DNA of 64,000 bases from a virus: positions 1 to 64,000 of IMG/VR virus record IMGVR_UViG_3300026518_000008; one strand, 5' to 3'. Below the pieces are notes generated by a model that did no database searches, was not told the DNA's origin, and saw only the letters and a program-made list of their open reading frames with translations. Shown piece by piece: positions 19,561 to 29,756 of the stretch; position 1 is the first letter of the stretch; every line of letters starts with the position of its first letter. Made by a program: the position numbers and the translations under genes.

Positions 19561-22200
19561 TTATATTGCAGTAAATACTGACGATGTCAGATTACTATTT
19601 GTATATGTTAGAGCCGTATTACCTTTGAGTACATTGCCTATTGTATGAGCTACATTAGATAACCCATCTGCTCCATACGTCAATGTCTCAAAGTTATTCA
19701 CGCCATCATAATATATTACTGATAGACCATCTACTCCATATTCCATATCAGTTATGTTCATTGCTGCTAACTCTTTAGCTGCATTCATATTCATTGCTAC
19801 TACATCACTTTTATTACTATCAGTATATGCATTAGTATTAGCCTCTGCTTCATAGAGTGATTTTATCTCAGATCCAGTTTGGTCAGCAGTTGCACCAGAC
19901 TCTACTGTATCTAGCTTTGCTCCATCATTAATCATGTTCCTATTGTTAACTATTGAATTAGCAGTATTTAGACTATTTAGATTTAGATCTAGAGTTGATT
20001 TAGCTTGATATGTTGCAGCATTCCATATCATTACACCAGTATCTATTGGACTATCTTCGCGAGTTAGAACTTTTTGCAAGTTACCATCATACTGTACTTC
20101 ACCACCAGTTGTACTGATTGTTAGCGATGTTGTGAACGTAATTGTGGTTGCAGTTATGGCAGTCAGCTGATGCGTGCCATCGTATCCATTTGATCCATCT
20201 ATGAATACATAGTCTCCAATTATCCTAGTGTTTGTACCTGATAGTATTGTCAGCACAGCATTAGTACCGTCTCCTACTATAGTATCTATGTCCCACGCCT
20301 CTATTTCACCTAGTGTGAATGTTTGATCATGTTCACTGAACCCGAATACGTAGTCATTTAATGTACCACGATCCAGTCTTAGCCCTGCACTTCCTTTAGA
20401 AATACCAGCTCCAGTCTCCCCAGAGTTCAGTGTTATCTGGTTATCTGCTACTGCTACTACTGTGCTATCTACAGTTGTTGTAGTTCCTTTCACATGCAGG
20501 TCACCATTTACTGTTGCACTTGCTAGAGTTGCATGACCACCTATATATAGTGTTCCTGTGATATCAGCATTCCCACCTATTGTTCCACCAGATTTTTCAT
20601 ACTTATCTGTATTCAATTCATTTACTGCATCCACTAAGTTTGACTTATTTGCAGTTGTTAGAGTTGTAAGATCTCCATCATTTGTAGATCTTGTAGTTGC
20701 TTCTGTATCTATATTTGTCTGTAGTGTATTATCATCATTACTCCGAGCAGTTATTTCAGTATCTATGTTTCCTTGAAGTGTTATATCTGCAGCAGATCTT
20801 GTAGATGCCTCATTATCTATATTAGATTGTAGTAATGTATCATTATTTGATCTTGTTGTTTCTTCATTATCTATATTTGTCTGTAGTGTATGATCATTGT
20901 TTACTCTTATGGATGTCTCTGCATCTATATTTGCTTGCAGTATATTATCTTTTGATGTTCTTGTAGCAGCCTCTGCGGTTATTTCATTTTTTATTGCTGT
21001 ATCAAGTACACTATCAGCATTTGCAAGTGATGTTGCTGTATCTATATAATTTGTACCACTTTTATATACATATGTTCCATCGGCAGACAATCCTGCTCCT
21101 AGCTGAGTATTATTCAATTCTGCATGTATATTTGTCCTATCTATATCTACAACATCTGATCGTTCTTTTAGCTCATTTATTCCACCAGGTAGAGTTTTAG
21201 CTGTCGTGTCAAGAACCAGGGATATTGCTACACTTGATTTTTCTGCATCATTATATACATTTGTATCTGGATTGCTTTCATATGTTGCTTTTACAGATTC
21301 CTTACTTTGTGCATTCAGATATACATCCTCATCCATTATTTTTTCGAATGTTGATGTGTTTCCATTTCCATCAGCAACAGCTGTTACTATGTATTGTGCC
21401 CATTTTGTATCACCATCATCAGATACATATACTTTATCTGACACGACTAGATTGCTTAGGTTATCTCTTTCTGATATATTTGCTACACTATATGTAGTTC
21501 CTAGACCTAATCCTGCTAGTCTTATCTCTTCTGTACGCTCAGTTTCTATTTGATTTAGAGATTTACCACCTAATGCTTCAGAATCATCTACTATTCCATT
21601 CAGATTAGTATCATATGTTTCTTTATCCATAGAGAATTTTGGACCATTTTGCACTACGAATGATCCTAGTGGCATAGTTTCAGACCAGTCACCATACAGA
21701 GTATATGTATCAGTATGAGACGGTGATCCAGCCGTGCCTAGTGGATTTGTAGTGCTTGTTAGTTTTGAATGAGTTATTGATGTTCCATCATTTCCATTAT
21801 ATCCATCTGCACCATTTATACCATCAGTACCATTGACACCAGGTATACCAGGATCTCCTTTATCTCCTTTATAGCCCTTTGCTCCAGTTTCTCCCTTTAA
21901 TCCTTGCAGTCCTTGTAAACCTTGATCACCTTTTGTTGTTTCTACATATAGTATTTTATTGATTTTATCCCATGATGAGTTTGTTCCATATTCTACTGGA
22001 ACTACTGTTATTCCAGTAAAATCTTTTGCATCTTGTAGATCAGATATCAGCTGTGGTATATCTTCTAGCGATACTGTTACTACGGCATCTATATTTGCAG
22101 CAACTACTTTTACATTATCATATTTACTATTTATTTCTCGTTGGATTATAGCATCTTGACTATTTCCTAATGATGAGTATCTAGCCATTTCTATCTCCAT
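19561..22200 (-). CDS. long tail fibre with collagen-like and coiled-coil repeats
   Basis: 879 aa; (Gxy)n run GDQGLQGLQGLKGETGAKG...; 18-aa repeats NIDxExxTRxxxDxxLQx. Confidence 0.8.
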   Translation of the reverse strand: MEIEMARYSSLGNSQDAIIQREINSKYDNVKVVAANIDAVVTVSLEDIPQLISDLQDAKDFTGITVVPVEYGTNSSWDKINKILYVETTKGDQGLQGLQGLKGETGAKGYKGDKGDPGIPGVNGTDGINGADGYNGNDGTSITHSKLTSTTNPLGTAGSPSHTDTYTLYGDWSETMPLGSFVVQNGPKFSMDKETYDTNLNGIVDDSEALGGKSLNQIETERTEEIRLAGLGLGTTYSVANISERDNLSNLVVSDKVYVSDDGDTKWAQYIVTAVADGNGNTSTFEKIMDEDVYLNAQSKESVKATYESNPDTNVYNDAEKSSVAISLVLDTTAKTLPGGINELKERSDVVDIDRTNIHAELNNTQLGAGLSADGTYVYKSGTNYIDTATSLANADSVLDTAIKNEITAEAATRTSKDNILQANIDAETSIRVNNDHTLQTNIDNEETTRSNNDTLLQSNIDNEASTRSAADITLQGNIDTEITARSNDDNTLQTNIDTEATTRSTNDGDLTTLTTANKSNLVDAVNELNTDKYEKSGGTIGGNADITGTLYIGGHATLASATVNGDLHVKGTTTTVDSTVVAVADNQITLNSGETGAGISKGSAGLRLDRGTLNDYVFGFSEHDQTFTLGEIEAWDIDTIVGDGTNAVLTILSGTNTRIIGDYVFIDGSNGYDGTHQLTAITATTITFTTSLTISTTGGEVQYDGNLQKVLTREDSPIDTGVMIWNAATYQAKSTLDLNLNSLNTANSIVNNRNMINDGAKLDTVESGATADQTGSEIKSLYEAEANTNAYTDSNKSDVVAMNMNAAKELAAMNITDMEYGVDGLSVIYYDGVNNFETLTYGADGLSNVAHTIGNVLKGNTALTYTNSNLTSSVFTAI

Positions 22201-22230
22201 GGTTCTGAGTTATTGAGCTATATATATACA

Positions 22231-22863
22231 TTATGCAAATCCTCTATCATGAAATTTATGGTGGGACTTTAGCGACTCTCTGGTTACTAACCCCAATTGT
22301 CTTGCTCTATTGCAACTTGCTTCAAATCGTTGATAGTAGGTATTGCTTTCAGTTTTTATATTAGCTGTTATTGATCCATGTGCCCTATATCCTATATAGT
22401 GTAGCAGTGCCTCTATCAGTTGTGGAGGTAGATCTATTGTTTTATCCAGATATGTACCAGCTTCATCCCATTCTATTATTGATGGTGCCTCTACATATAT
22501 TATAGATATATATGCTCCAGTTACAGATACTGGTATCTGAACTACATTCCATGACACCATATTTATAGACAGTGGGTCATCTTCATCATTTATGCCTAGT
22601 CTATTATCTGTTACATCATCATCTTGACTTAATTCTTGATATGCTGATGAGATATACATAAAATTTTTATCATCTGGTATTTTATATTCTATGATGTCAT
22701 CTTGTAACTCTATTAGCCATTCACTAGTTTTTAATGGAAATCTTTTATATAGTTCTATCATAGCTAGATTTATGAATTCTACTATGTAATTACTATTATA
22801 TTGTATAGCTACAGACTTTAGTTCACCGCCCTTAGCCATTGATATTACATTACCTATTGTCAT
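22231..22863 (-). CDS. head-tail adaptor (N4 gp67-like)
   Basis: INLAMIELYKRFPL, IDLPPQLIEALLHYIGYRA, YYQRFEASC; next to terminase. Confidence 0.7.
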   Translation of the reverse strand: MTIGNVISMAKGGELKSVAIQYNSNYIVEFINLAMIELYKRFPLKTSEWLIELQDDIIEYKIPDDKNFMYISSAYQELSQDDDVTDNRLGINDEDDPLSINMVSWNVVQIPVSVTGAYISIIYVEAPSIIEWDEAGTYLDKTIDLPPQLIEALLHYIGYRAHGSITANIKTESNTYYQRFEASCNRARQLGLVTRESLKSHHKFHDRGFA

Positions 22864-22919
22864 ATGCTTTCTCCATGGTTATCGAGTGCGTGTAGCGTAT
22901 TCAATATTTTGTTTACAGT

Positions 22920-22928
22920 ATTATACCA
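22920..22928 (-). promoter_or_regulatory. sigma70 extended -10 (TGGTATAAT)
   Basis: exact TGnTATAAT between terminase and adaptor. Confidence 0.55.
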
Positions 22929-22937
22929 TATATTTAT

Positions 22938-24830
22938 TTAGAATACAGTTGATCCTCTAGGAGAAACATCATTGTCTTCAATATCTAACCATATATCTGA
23001 TACATCATTAGTTTTATTTGTTACATTTTCAATATCAACTACATAGTCAGTTGGGTATACTACGTCTATTGAAACTGCTATCTGAGTTACAAGATCAGGT
23101 CCATCATCAGCCCTTGTAAAATTCTTGTGCGTTGCACCTCGTATTTGAGCTATGAATTCTTGCATATCTTCAGTGTTTTTTAGTTCTTCTGGTAGCCATA
23201 TCTTTCCATTTAGAAAATGTTGACTTGCTATTCTAAATCTCTCATGTTTGTTTACTCCAGTGTTTTTACTTAGTATACCTTTTCTCTCACCAGTATATCC
23301 TTTCTGCCTTGCGAAACTATAGTAATTACCAGTCTTTAACATTTCTTGTTCCAACGAGTATAGGTGTGCACCTTGATTTCCATCAACTTCTACACCTATC
23401 TCTACATGTTTACCTCTACGCTTCCATTTTGCAGCTTCAGATAGAGTTATTTTGTATTGATCCTCCATACCCATTTTTCTTAGAGTGAGTCCTACAAGGA
23501 ATATATCTTCATTATTACTTACAGCCCATGTTGCTACACCAGAGTAGTCGCTGTCTTCTCCACTTGTAGTAGTGTAGTCTGTTGATATATATATATTATA
23601 TGCATGGATATTTTTTACGATATGTTTCATAGAACACCATTGCAGACACGATTCTGGTACTAGTCTTTCAGATCCAGATGTCAGCCTTAGCATACGCTCT
23701 TGCATAAACGATCCTAATTTTTTAGATCTTTTTGCCTTTTTCAGCAGTTTCAGTATTGACTCATTTGGATGCATTGCAGTCCAACTACTTTCTATCATAT
23801 CTATTGTCACATCTTTTTCTGCATCGAATGTTCTTGCCATTGGTATTACTACTGGAGTGAATGATCCGTTTAGTATTGCTTTTGTATTTACATCACCATA
23901 ATGGAATGGTGTGAAACATAGTATTACTCTTCCTTTACCACCACCTTTTAGTGCATTAGTTGCATCTGAGTGCATAACCTCTTCTAAATTTTCACTCATT
24001 ACTTTTGAGTATGCTGCAGCAGTGTTAAGTATGGCATCATCAAATATGATTCCATCTGGTCTTCTCTCTCCATATCTTGATCCACGTATACCAGTTGCTA
24101 TACCTTGATATCTTATTAGGAATGATCTATTTTTTTTTAGGGTCTTTCCTTTTCTTATAAATTCACTTTCTGTTTCAGTGAACCTCATCTCTTCAAAATA
24201 TTCATTTAGAAATACACTATCTTCACACATAGATTTCACAGCTAGTGCGTTTACCCTTGCCCCACCACGACTTGATGCAGCTAGAACTACATAGAAATAT
24301 ACACTTCCTATTCCATTTGGTAGTTTTCCTTTTATTGCTGAGTATACACCAAAGAATGATATTACTATTGTAGATTTTGCTAGTCCACGTGACTCCATAA
24401 ATCCTATGGCCAGATCATCTAGGTTTATTGTCGAGCATACATCAGAACTATATGGAAATTTATTTACATCTGTTATATATCCTAGCAGTATATCTACCAT
24501 GAAATAGTGAGCTATTGGAGTTTTAAATTCAAAGTCTTCTCCAGCTACAAGTCTCATTAACATGAAGAATTCGAAGGAATCTTCGCTTGGAATATAGTTT
24601 GGGAATGTTGGATCATATGTATCTAGAGCCTTATCGAGATCAAATTTAGCTTCTTTACTTATTTCAGCGTATTGTTTCTCGGCATTATCTTTTTCTAATT
24701 TGCTTATGATATTATGTAATATATTATCTGTGTAGAGCTTTCCCTCTTCTTCTGTCAGTTGACTTTTCTTTATTCCTGCAGAACCAGGGGGGATGGTCTC
24801 TTCATTTATAGTTGTTATGTCCAGTCCCAT
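22938..24830 (-). CDS. terL: terminase large subunit
   Basis: SRGLAKST Walker A variant, IRGSRYGERRPDGIIFDD Walker B, FTPFH, C-terminal nuclease acids (STDY, DYSG, DDGPD). Confidence 0.88.
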   Translation of the reverse strand: MGLDITTINEETIPPGSAGIKKSQLTEEEGKLYTDNILHNIISKLEKDNAEKQYAEISKEAKFDLDKALDTYDPTFPNYIPSEDSFEFFMLMRLVAGEDFEFKTPIAHYFMVDILLGYITDVNKFPYSSDVCSTINLDDLAIGFMESRGLAKSTIVISFFGVYSAIKGKLPNGIGSVYFYVVLAASSRGGARVNALAVKSMCEDSVFLNEYFEEMRFTETESEFIRKGKTLKKNRSFLIRYQGIATGIRGSRYGERRPDGIIFDDAILNTAAAYSKVMSENLEEVMHSDATNALKGGGKGRVILCFTPFHYGDVNTKAILNGSFTPVVIPMARTFDAEKDVTIDMIESSWTAMHPNESILKLLKKAKRSKKLGSFMQERMLRLTSGSERLVPESCLQWCSMKHIVKNIHAYNIYISTDYTTTSGEDSDYSGVATWAVSNNEDIFLVGLTLRKMGMEDQYKITLSEAAKWKRRGKHVEIGVEVDGNQGAHLYSLEQEMLKTGNYYSFARQKGYTGERKGILSKNTGVNKHERFRIASQHFLNGKIWLPEELKNTEDMQEFIAQIRGATHKNFTRADDGPDLVTQIAVSIDVVYPTDYVVDIENVTNKTNDVSDIWLDIEDNDVSPRGSTVF

Positions 24831-24833
24831 CTC

Positions 24834-25640
24834 CTATCCTTCATCAACTTCAGCATCTATTACTTCATCTGGTTCTGAGTTTATGTTCACATTTATCTTC
24901 TGTACATCATTGATATTCTCTCCAGACTCGACTCTCTTTTTACTTTCCATTGCTGCTACTGCCATTTGAGCGAACAGATTATCCATTGCAGACTTAGCTT
25001 CTTCTCCAGTGCTTACATTTAGATCAACTGTTAGCTCTTCAGGAGCTTTTACATGCGTCAGTAACTTATCTGCTGCAGCTATTCTATCTTTGCTCATAGG
25101 AGCATCATGCATCTCCTCACTTAGTACCTTTACAGCATCGTATGTTTCACGCTGAAACATTAGATATAGTGACATATTTGCTCGAGTCAGTATCGTTTTC
25201 ACTAGAGGTCTTTTTCTATATCTACTTGCAGCAGTGCTCAGCTCATTGTATCCAGTTGATCCAGATGGTTCATTCATTCTCTCTCTCACGAATTCATTTT
25301 TTGAGAATGTATATTTGAATGCATCTATTATTGTCGAGTTATCTCCCTCGAGATATGAGCAGAATTTGATTGCATTGATGTAGTCATTGATTGATGCCTT
25401 ACCATCATACATTGCTTTCTCGTAGTCCATCATTGCATCTATAAGATTGTACCCATTGAATAGTGGGTCTTCAATTGTTGCTTGTATTAGTTCTACAGTT
25501 TCATCGGTTATTGTATTTTTTTTCTTAGGGAATTTTTGTTGCAGATATTCTACAGTTATCTTTCCTGAGTGGTTGTCTACTAGATTGAGCTGTCTAGAAT
25601 TTTCCATATCTCTAATATCCATACTATACCCTTCCCGCAT
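24834..25640 (-). CDS. N4 gp69-like protein (terminase small subunit candidate)
   Basis: YINAIKFCSY, AADKLLTHVKAPE; immediately upstream of terL. Confidence 0.65.
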   Translation of the reverse strand: MREGYSMDIRDMENSRQLNLVDNHSGKITVEYLQQKFPKKKNTITDETVELIQATIEDPLFNGYNLIDAMMDYEKAMYDGKASINDYINAIKFCSYLEGDNSTIIDAFKYTFSKNEFVRERMNEPSGSTGYNELSTAASRYRKRPLVKTILTRANMSLYLMFQRETYDAVKVLSEEMHDAPMSKDRIAAADKLLTHVKAPEELTVDLNVSTGEEAKSAMDNLFAQMAVAAMESKKRVESGENINDVQKINVNINSEPDEVIDAEVDEG

Positions 25641-25776
25641 GTAGTCTGTAGAATCTTATGAGCATTTTTATAGTGTCATCATTGAATTTACATCTCTTGC
25701 AGTTTGCTTTTACCTTTACCAGCTGATCATATGTATCAGGAGATATCTTCATTGTAATTCTAGTATCCTTTGCCAT
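25624..25776 (-). CDS. small ribbon-helix-helix-like protein
   Basis: manual translation MAKDTRITMKISPDTYDQLVKVK...DDTIKMLI (50 aa). Confidence 0.5.
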   Translation of the reverse strand: MAKDTRITMKISPDTYDQLVKVKANCKRCKFNDDTIKMLIRFYRLHAGRV

Positions 25777-26102
25777 TATGCTATGCTCCTATCATCATCT
25801 TCTGCTATTCTGCTTGGATGGTTTGAGTTCCATGTAGGTATTGAGCTTTTCGCTGATGGATTACTATTTACCCGCTCTCTTGTTACTCCAGAACCAGGGG
25901 ATGAGAGGTTGCATAGCTTATGCAGATCTGGTATCGACTCAGCTAGACTCTTTAGGTAGCCTATTATTGACACTAGCATCCCTTGACTGATTGTCACCAT
26001 CGTACTGTCTATTGTTCCATGTATTTTTGATTTCTCTATTACTTCTATCTTATCTAGTAACCACTCTTGTTTGGTCCATAGTATTTTTTCTTTATGAGTC
26101 AT
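25776..26102 (-). CDS. hypothetical protein
   Basis: 108 aa with AAGGA RBS. Confidence 0.55.
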   Translation of the reverse strand: MTHKEKILWTKQEWLLDKIEVIEKSKIHGTIDSTMVTISQGMLVSIIGYLKSLAESIPDLHKLCNLSSPGSGVTRERVNSNPSAKSSIPTWNSNHPSRIAEDDDRSIA

Positions 26103-26116
26103 TGTATTGTCCTTGC

Positions 26117-26470
26117 TTATTGTTTTTTCCCGAATACTTTATGCATTACATGGTTGAACATTTTTCCACCTGCAGGGTATGCATCACTCCATTCTTCTAT
26201 ATCTTCATCTTTTAGTTTTGCTGATTTGCACAGAGGGCATAGCTGTAGTCTGTCAGTAGAATTTTTTGGTTGTTGCGTATCGTCTATGTATTTTAGCATT
26301 TCTTTGCAGTTGTCTAGTTGATCGATTATGTCTCTGATTAGATCATAGCTTAGCGGTTCACTTTTTATGTTTCCAGCTACACCAGACATTTCTATCTGCT
26401 TCATAGCTAGCTTGAGGATATTTATCTCTGATATCTTGTCTTCCAGCGACTTTACTTGTACAGTCATCAT
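26117..26470 (-). CDS. hypothetical protein
   Basis: 117 aa, CPLC motif. Confidence 0.55.
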   Translation of the reverse strand: MMTVQVKSLEDKISEINILKLAMKQIEMSGVAGNIKSEPLSYDLIRDIIDQLDNCKEMLKYIDDTQQPKNSTDRLQLCPLCKSAKLKDEDIEEWSDAYPAGGKMFNHVMHKVFGKKQ

Positions 26471-26782
26471 ATTACCTTCGTAGTATATTTACTACGAATT
26501 ATATCCGATGCTTGAGTTATTGTCAAGTTATATGTGATTTTTTTAGTAGTTGAGCAGATCGTCTTCTATTATTCCTAACAGCATGTCTGTTACTGCATCT
26601 ACATCTTCACTCGCTAATGTTACATTTATATTATCTAGTTTCTCTTCGATATTCTGCATATAGTGATCAACAATATCTCTGACTAGCTCTATCTTCATTC
26701 CGATTTCCATTGATTGTTCTCCATTTAGTTTAGAGATTGTATCACACTGGTTCTTATGTGGAGATTAGTTGTTGATATATTT

Positions 26783-26858
26783 TGGCTGTAGTGGTGGATT
26801 ACGCTCCCACATATTCCTGATTAACAGTCAGTCCCCTGTACTAGTTGAGTACACTACA
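26783..26858 (-). tRNA. tRNA-Asn(GTT), atypical T and D loops
   Basis: acceptor TGTAGTG/CACTACA, G73, CCA; CTGA-CT GTT AA-TCAG; T loop AGCGTAA. Confidence 0.75.
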
Positions 26859-26864
26859 TTGTAT

Positions 26865-26939
26865 TGGCTGGGATGGAAGGTGTCGAACCTACACTTTACT
26901 GGATCAAAGCCAGTTGCACTGCCATTATGCTACATCCCA
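26865..26939 (-). tRNA. tRNA-Gln(TTG)
   Basis: TGGGATG/CATCCCA, ACTGG-CT TTG AT-CCAGT, GTTCGAC, GCCA. Confidence 0.9.
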
Positions 26940-26942
26940 ATA

Positions 26943-27027
26943 TGGAGGATATACTTGGACTTGAACCAAGATGAGTTTCACCTCGTCAGTTTAGCAAACT
27001 GATGCGATACCTTTACGCGATATATCC
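26943..27027 (-). tRNA. tRNA-Ser(GCT)
   Basis: GGATATA/TATATCC, TCAGT-TT GCT AA-ACTGA, long variable arm, GTTCAAG, CCA. Confidence 0.88.
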
Positions 27028-27340
27028 ATTCTATATTTGTTATTTATGATTTGATAGGTTTTGAGAGTGTTAGTCCTACCAGATCATGGTAGAGACTCTT
27101 TATGAGAGAGCATCTACCTAGTTGGTAGGCTCCTGCGAATTGAGAGCACTACCATCTACATTACTATTGCTATTGCTGAGATACGATTGCATTTGCATAT
27201 TAGTCATGTATTTCATGATGGTAGTTCCTTTCTTTTTAGATACTAGAAGTTTACTATTGCTTTGCTTAGTTCTTGCTTAATCTTAGAGCAGCGTATTCAG
27301 ACCATGTTATATGTTCTAGCAGAGGCTACTCGATTTGACA

Positions 27341-27793
27341 TTATAGCCTATTTGCTATATTGATTGTGTACTCCATTGCTTGGTCTGTTGTGATTACTTT
27401 TCTTTTATCTTCGTATATGATGTTCGCCCATCCCTTTGCATAGTCATCATCATTCGTGATCACATCTGGATCCAGCTTATTCACTTTGATTTTATTATAC
27501 GCAGATATCTTTCTTGGATAGTCCATCACTTCTCCATCGTTGTCGATGAACAATATGTTATCTCCAGAACTTCTCCATTCTCTACATCCATCTATCCAAC
27601 CTTGCTCTATTCCATCCGAGTCTATATAGCTTATGTCGAGCCCCCACGGGCTAGAATGTTCATCTTCATGTAGTATTTTTTCGTTTATTTCATATACTTT
27701 TGCTACATCGGCTATATCTACCATCTCTACTATCTCTTGCATTACTGGCTCATCTTCTACGTTAGCCATCAGCATCAGAGGCCCATCTATCAT
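27341..27793 (-). CDS. hypothetical protein
   Basis: 150 aa acidic ORF. Confidence 0.55.
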   Translation of the reverse strand: MIDGPLMLMANVEDEPVMQEIVEMVDIADVAKVYEINEKILHEDEHSSPWGLDISYIDSDGIEQGWIDGCREWRSSGDNILFIDNDGEVMDYPRKISAYNKIKVNKLDPDVITNDDDYAKGWANIIYEDKRKVITTDQAMEYTINIANRL

Positions 27794-27940
27794 TACAGAG
27801 TCGCAGTAGTTTACTATTGCTTCTCCATTTTTTAGTTCGATTCTATATTTAATAGTATATCCTTTGGTTTATTTATCGGATTGTATCTTGAGTTTACTTA
27901 GGTGATTCTTACGTATATGTTGGAGTTTTTTGTTGTAGTT

Positions 27941-28000
27941 GTCTATAGACATCTACATAGATATTTATTGATATCTATTGATGTCTATTGATGTCTATTT
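27941..28000. repeat. degenerate 10-bp tandem repeat (ATRTCTATTG)
   Basis: atatttattg atatctattg atgtctattg atgtctattt plus two degenerate units. Confidence 0.6.
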
Positions 28001-28161
28001 GTTCGTTACGAATTTTGAAATTCTTTTGTACTATGTACTACTTCATTTTTTTAGTTGGTTTTTTCATCTTAGCTTTTGCTTTAGTTTTGCACGCCATCTT
28101 ATCTCCTTTCTTTTAGATTTTATATTGTATCATCTGTAGCTTTACATGTTTTTTTGTTGTC

Positions 28162-28677
28162 CTAGAATTCATTTGTTGGCTGTTCAGTATCTATTATTTT
28201 CTTAGCATCATATTCAGCTTTTGTTATTTCATAGTGGTTTGATGATTGAATAAAATTCGCTCTCTCAATTACCTCATATCTCCATCTTGCTTGTCTCATA
28301 GTTCTCACATATACATTTGTAAAAACTCCTTCAGAACCAGCGAGGAAAATATTTGCATGACTTGGGAATACTGGGCTATAGCTATACGACGTGCTTCCAC
28401 CTCCTGCTACATATCCTTTTTTATGATTAATTTTTATATGTCCATCTTCAGCTAGCTTATTTACATGTGTATAAAATGTCTTTTCAGATATACTAAACAG
28501 TTCTGCCCAATGCTTCTGCGTTTTGTGCAGTGTTTTAGCTCTAGAATACCCAAATGACTCTTGTACTATGTCTATGAATATCTGTCTATTCTTTTGAGCT
28601 ACGTTCTTTCTAGCGTACTGAACCATAATACCTATATTTTGCCATCCGTTAGTCGGATTCAATTCTTGTTCGTTCAT
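28162..28677 (-). CDS. winged-HTH protein, replication initiator-like
   Basis: KTQKHWAELFSISEKTFYTHVNKLAEDGHIKI wHTH; ESFGY resembles phage O-like N-terminus. Confidence 0.6.
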   Translation of the reverse strand: MNEQELNPTNGWQNIGIMVQYARKNVAQKNRQIFIDIVQESFGYSRAKTLHKTQKHWAELFSISEKTFYTHVNKLAEDGHIKINHKKGYVAGGGSTSYSYSPVFPSHANIFLAGSEGVFTNVYVRTMRQARWRYEVIERANFIQSSNHYEITKAEYDAKKIIDTEQPTNEF

Positions 28678-28819
28678 TGTCTGCCAACTTTCTAGCTAAT
28701 ATTCTTATTGCTGCGGATATGTTTACCGCTCCTGTTTTATTGATACTATATTCTCTTAGTGCATTTACTGTACTTTCGTCCAGTAGAACCGTTATCTTTC
28801 TTTTTTTTGGGCTGTCCAT
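28649..28819 (-). CDS. CopG/ribbon-helix-helix-like regulator
   Basis: manual translation MDSPKKRKITVLLDESTVNALREYS...NISAAIRILA (56 aa), AAGGA RBS, overlaps wHTH gene. Confidence 0.65.
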   Translation of the reverse strand: MDSPKKRKITVLLDESTVNALREYSINKTGAVNISAAIRILARKLADNERTRIESD

Positions 28820-28890
28820 TTATGATTCCTTTGTTTAGATACCGGAAGTATACATACTCTATACTTAATTTATACTGAATCATAGTCATT

Positions 28891-29005
28891 CAGTAAATTT
28901 TACGGTATAGCTATCCAGTAATTTTTACTGTATTCATGCAGTAAATTTTACGGTATTCAGTGGAAATTTTTACGGGATCTAATAGACGCCGTAAATTTTA
29001 CGGTA
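28891..29005. repeat. array of five quasi-palindromic 15-17 bp repeats (CMGTAAWTTTTACKG), iteron/operator-like
   Basis: copies at 28891, 28916, 28939, 28958 (degenerate), 28989. Confidence 0.85.
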
Positions 29006-29216
29006 TCTATTAAGTACCCTAGTTAAAGGAACCTATTTATAGGTTCCTAGATATATTCTCTTCGAGAACCTACTGTCATGTTCTTTGCTTTGCAGAACAT
29101 GACGAAAAATGTTTGGTTTATTACCGATGAAGAGTGGAGGAGAGTTGTACTACTTTTAGTACAGATTCAGTTTCATATGATATACTATCATTATATTTAC
29201 ATATAGGATTATTATC

Positions 29217-29756
29217 ATGAGTGAGTTTACAGAGTATCGCAGACTAGGTTCTGCTTGGGCTAGACCAGTTACCGCATATGATTGTACTGGAGAGGGAATC
29301 GAGAGGCTAGAGTCGATAGGAGTATCTATTTCACCAGCAGATCTTGATGCAGGATCACCTAGAATTGGTGACATGATATGCATGAATCCATCTAATTATG
29401 CAGATCAGTGGCTAGTAACTCACGATTACTTTCAGGAGAACTTCGAGCATATTGCCTCTGGTTCTGATGTATTGCATACAGGATCTCAGATTGGTGTTCG
29501 CAGAGGCTCACTTGATTCAGTGAATAGCGAGCGTTTTTACAGAGGGCTACGATTCGAGTTTAGCGGTAGCTCAGATGACTTTATTGAGATATCTACATCT
29601 GGAGTTCGTACGCTATTTGGAGCTAATTCACAGATGGCTGACGATGCCTATACTAGATCGCTTGAGGATGCTATTAGAGACTACATATCTCGCGTTGATG
29701 CTGGAGAGATACTTTCTACTAACACATATGAGAAATTTAGAGAGCTACTTAGTTAG
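29217..29756 (+). CDS. hypothetical protein (PGDYG-like N-terminal domain)
   Basis: EYRR...GDMICMNP...DQWLVTHDYFQENFE. Confidence 0.6.
   Translation: MSEFTEYRRLGSAWARPVTAYDCTGEGIERLESIGVSISPADLDAGSPRIGDMICMNPSNYADQWLVTHDYFQENFEHIASGSDVLHTGSQIGVRRGSLDSVNSERFYRGLRFEFSGSSDDFIEISTSGVRTLFGANSQMADDAYTRSLEDAIRDYISRVDAGEILSTNTYEKFRELLS

Noticed and set aside
28891-29005. Mini CRISPR array
   Set aside because: Repeats are only 15-17 bp with gaps of roughly 2-12 bp, too short for spacers; no cas operon
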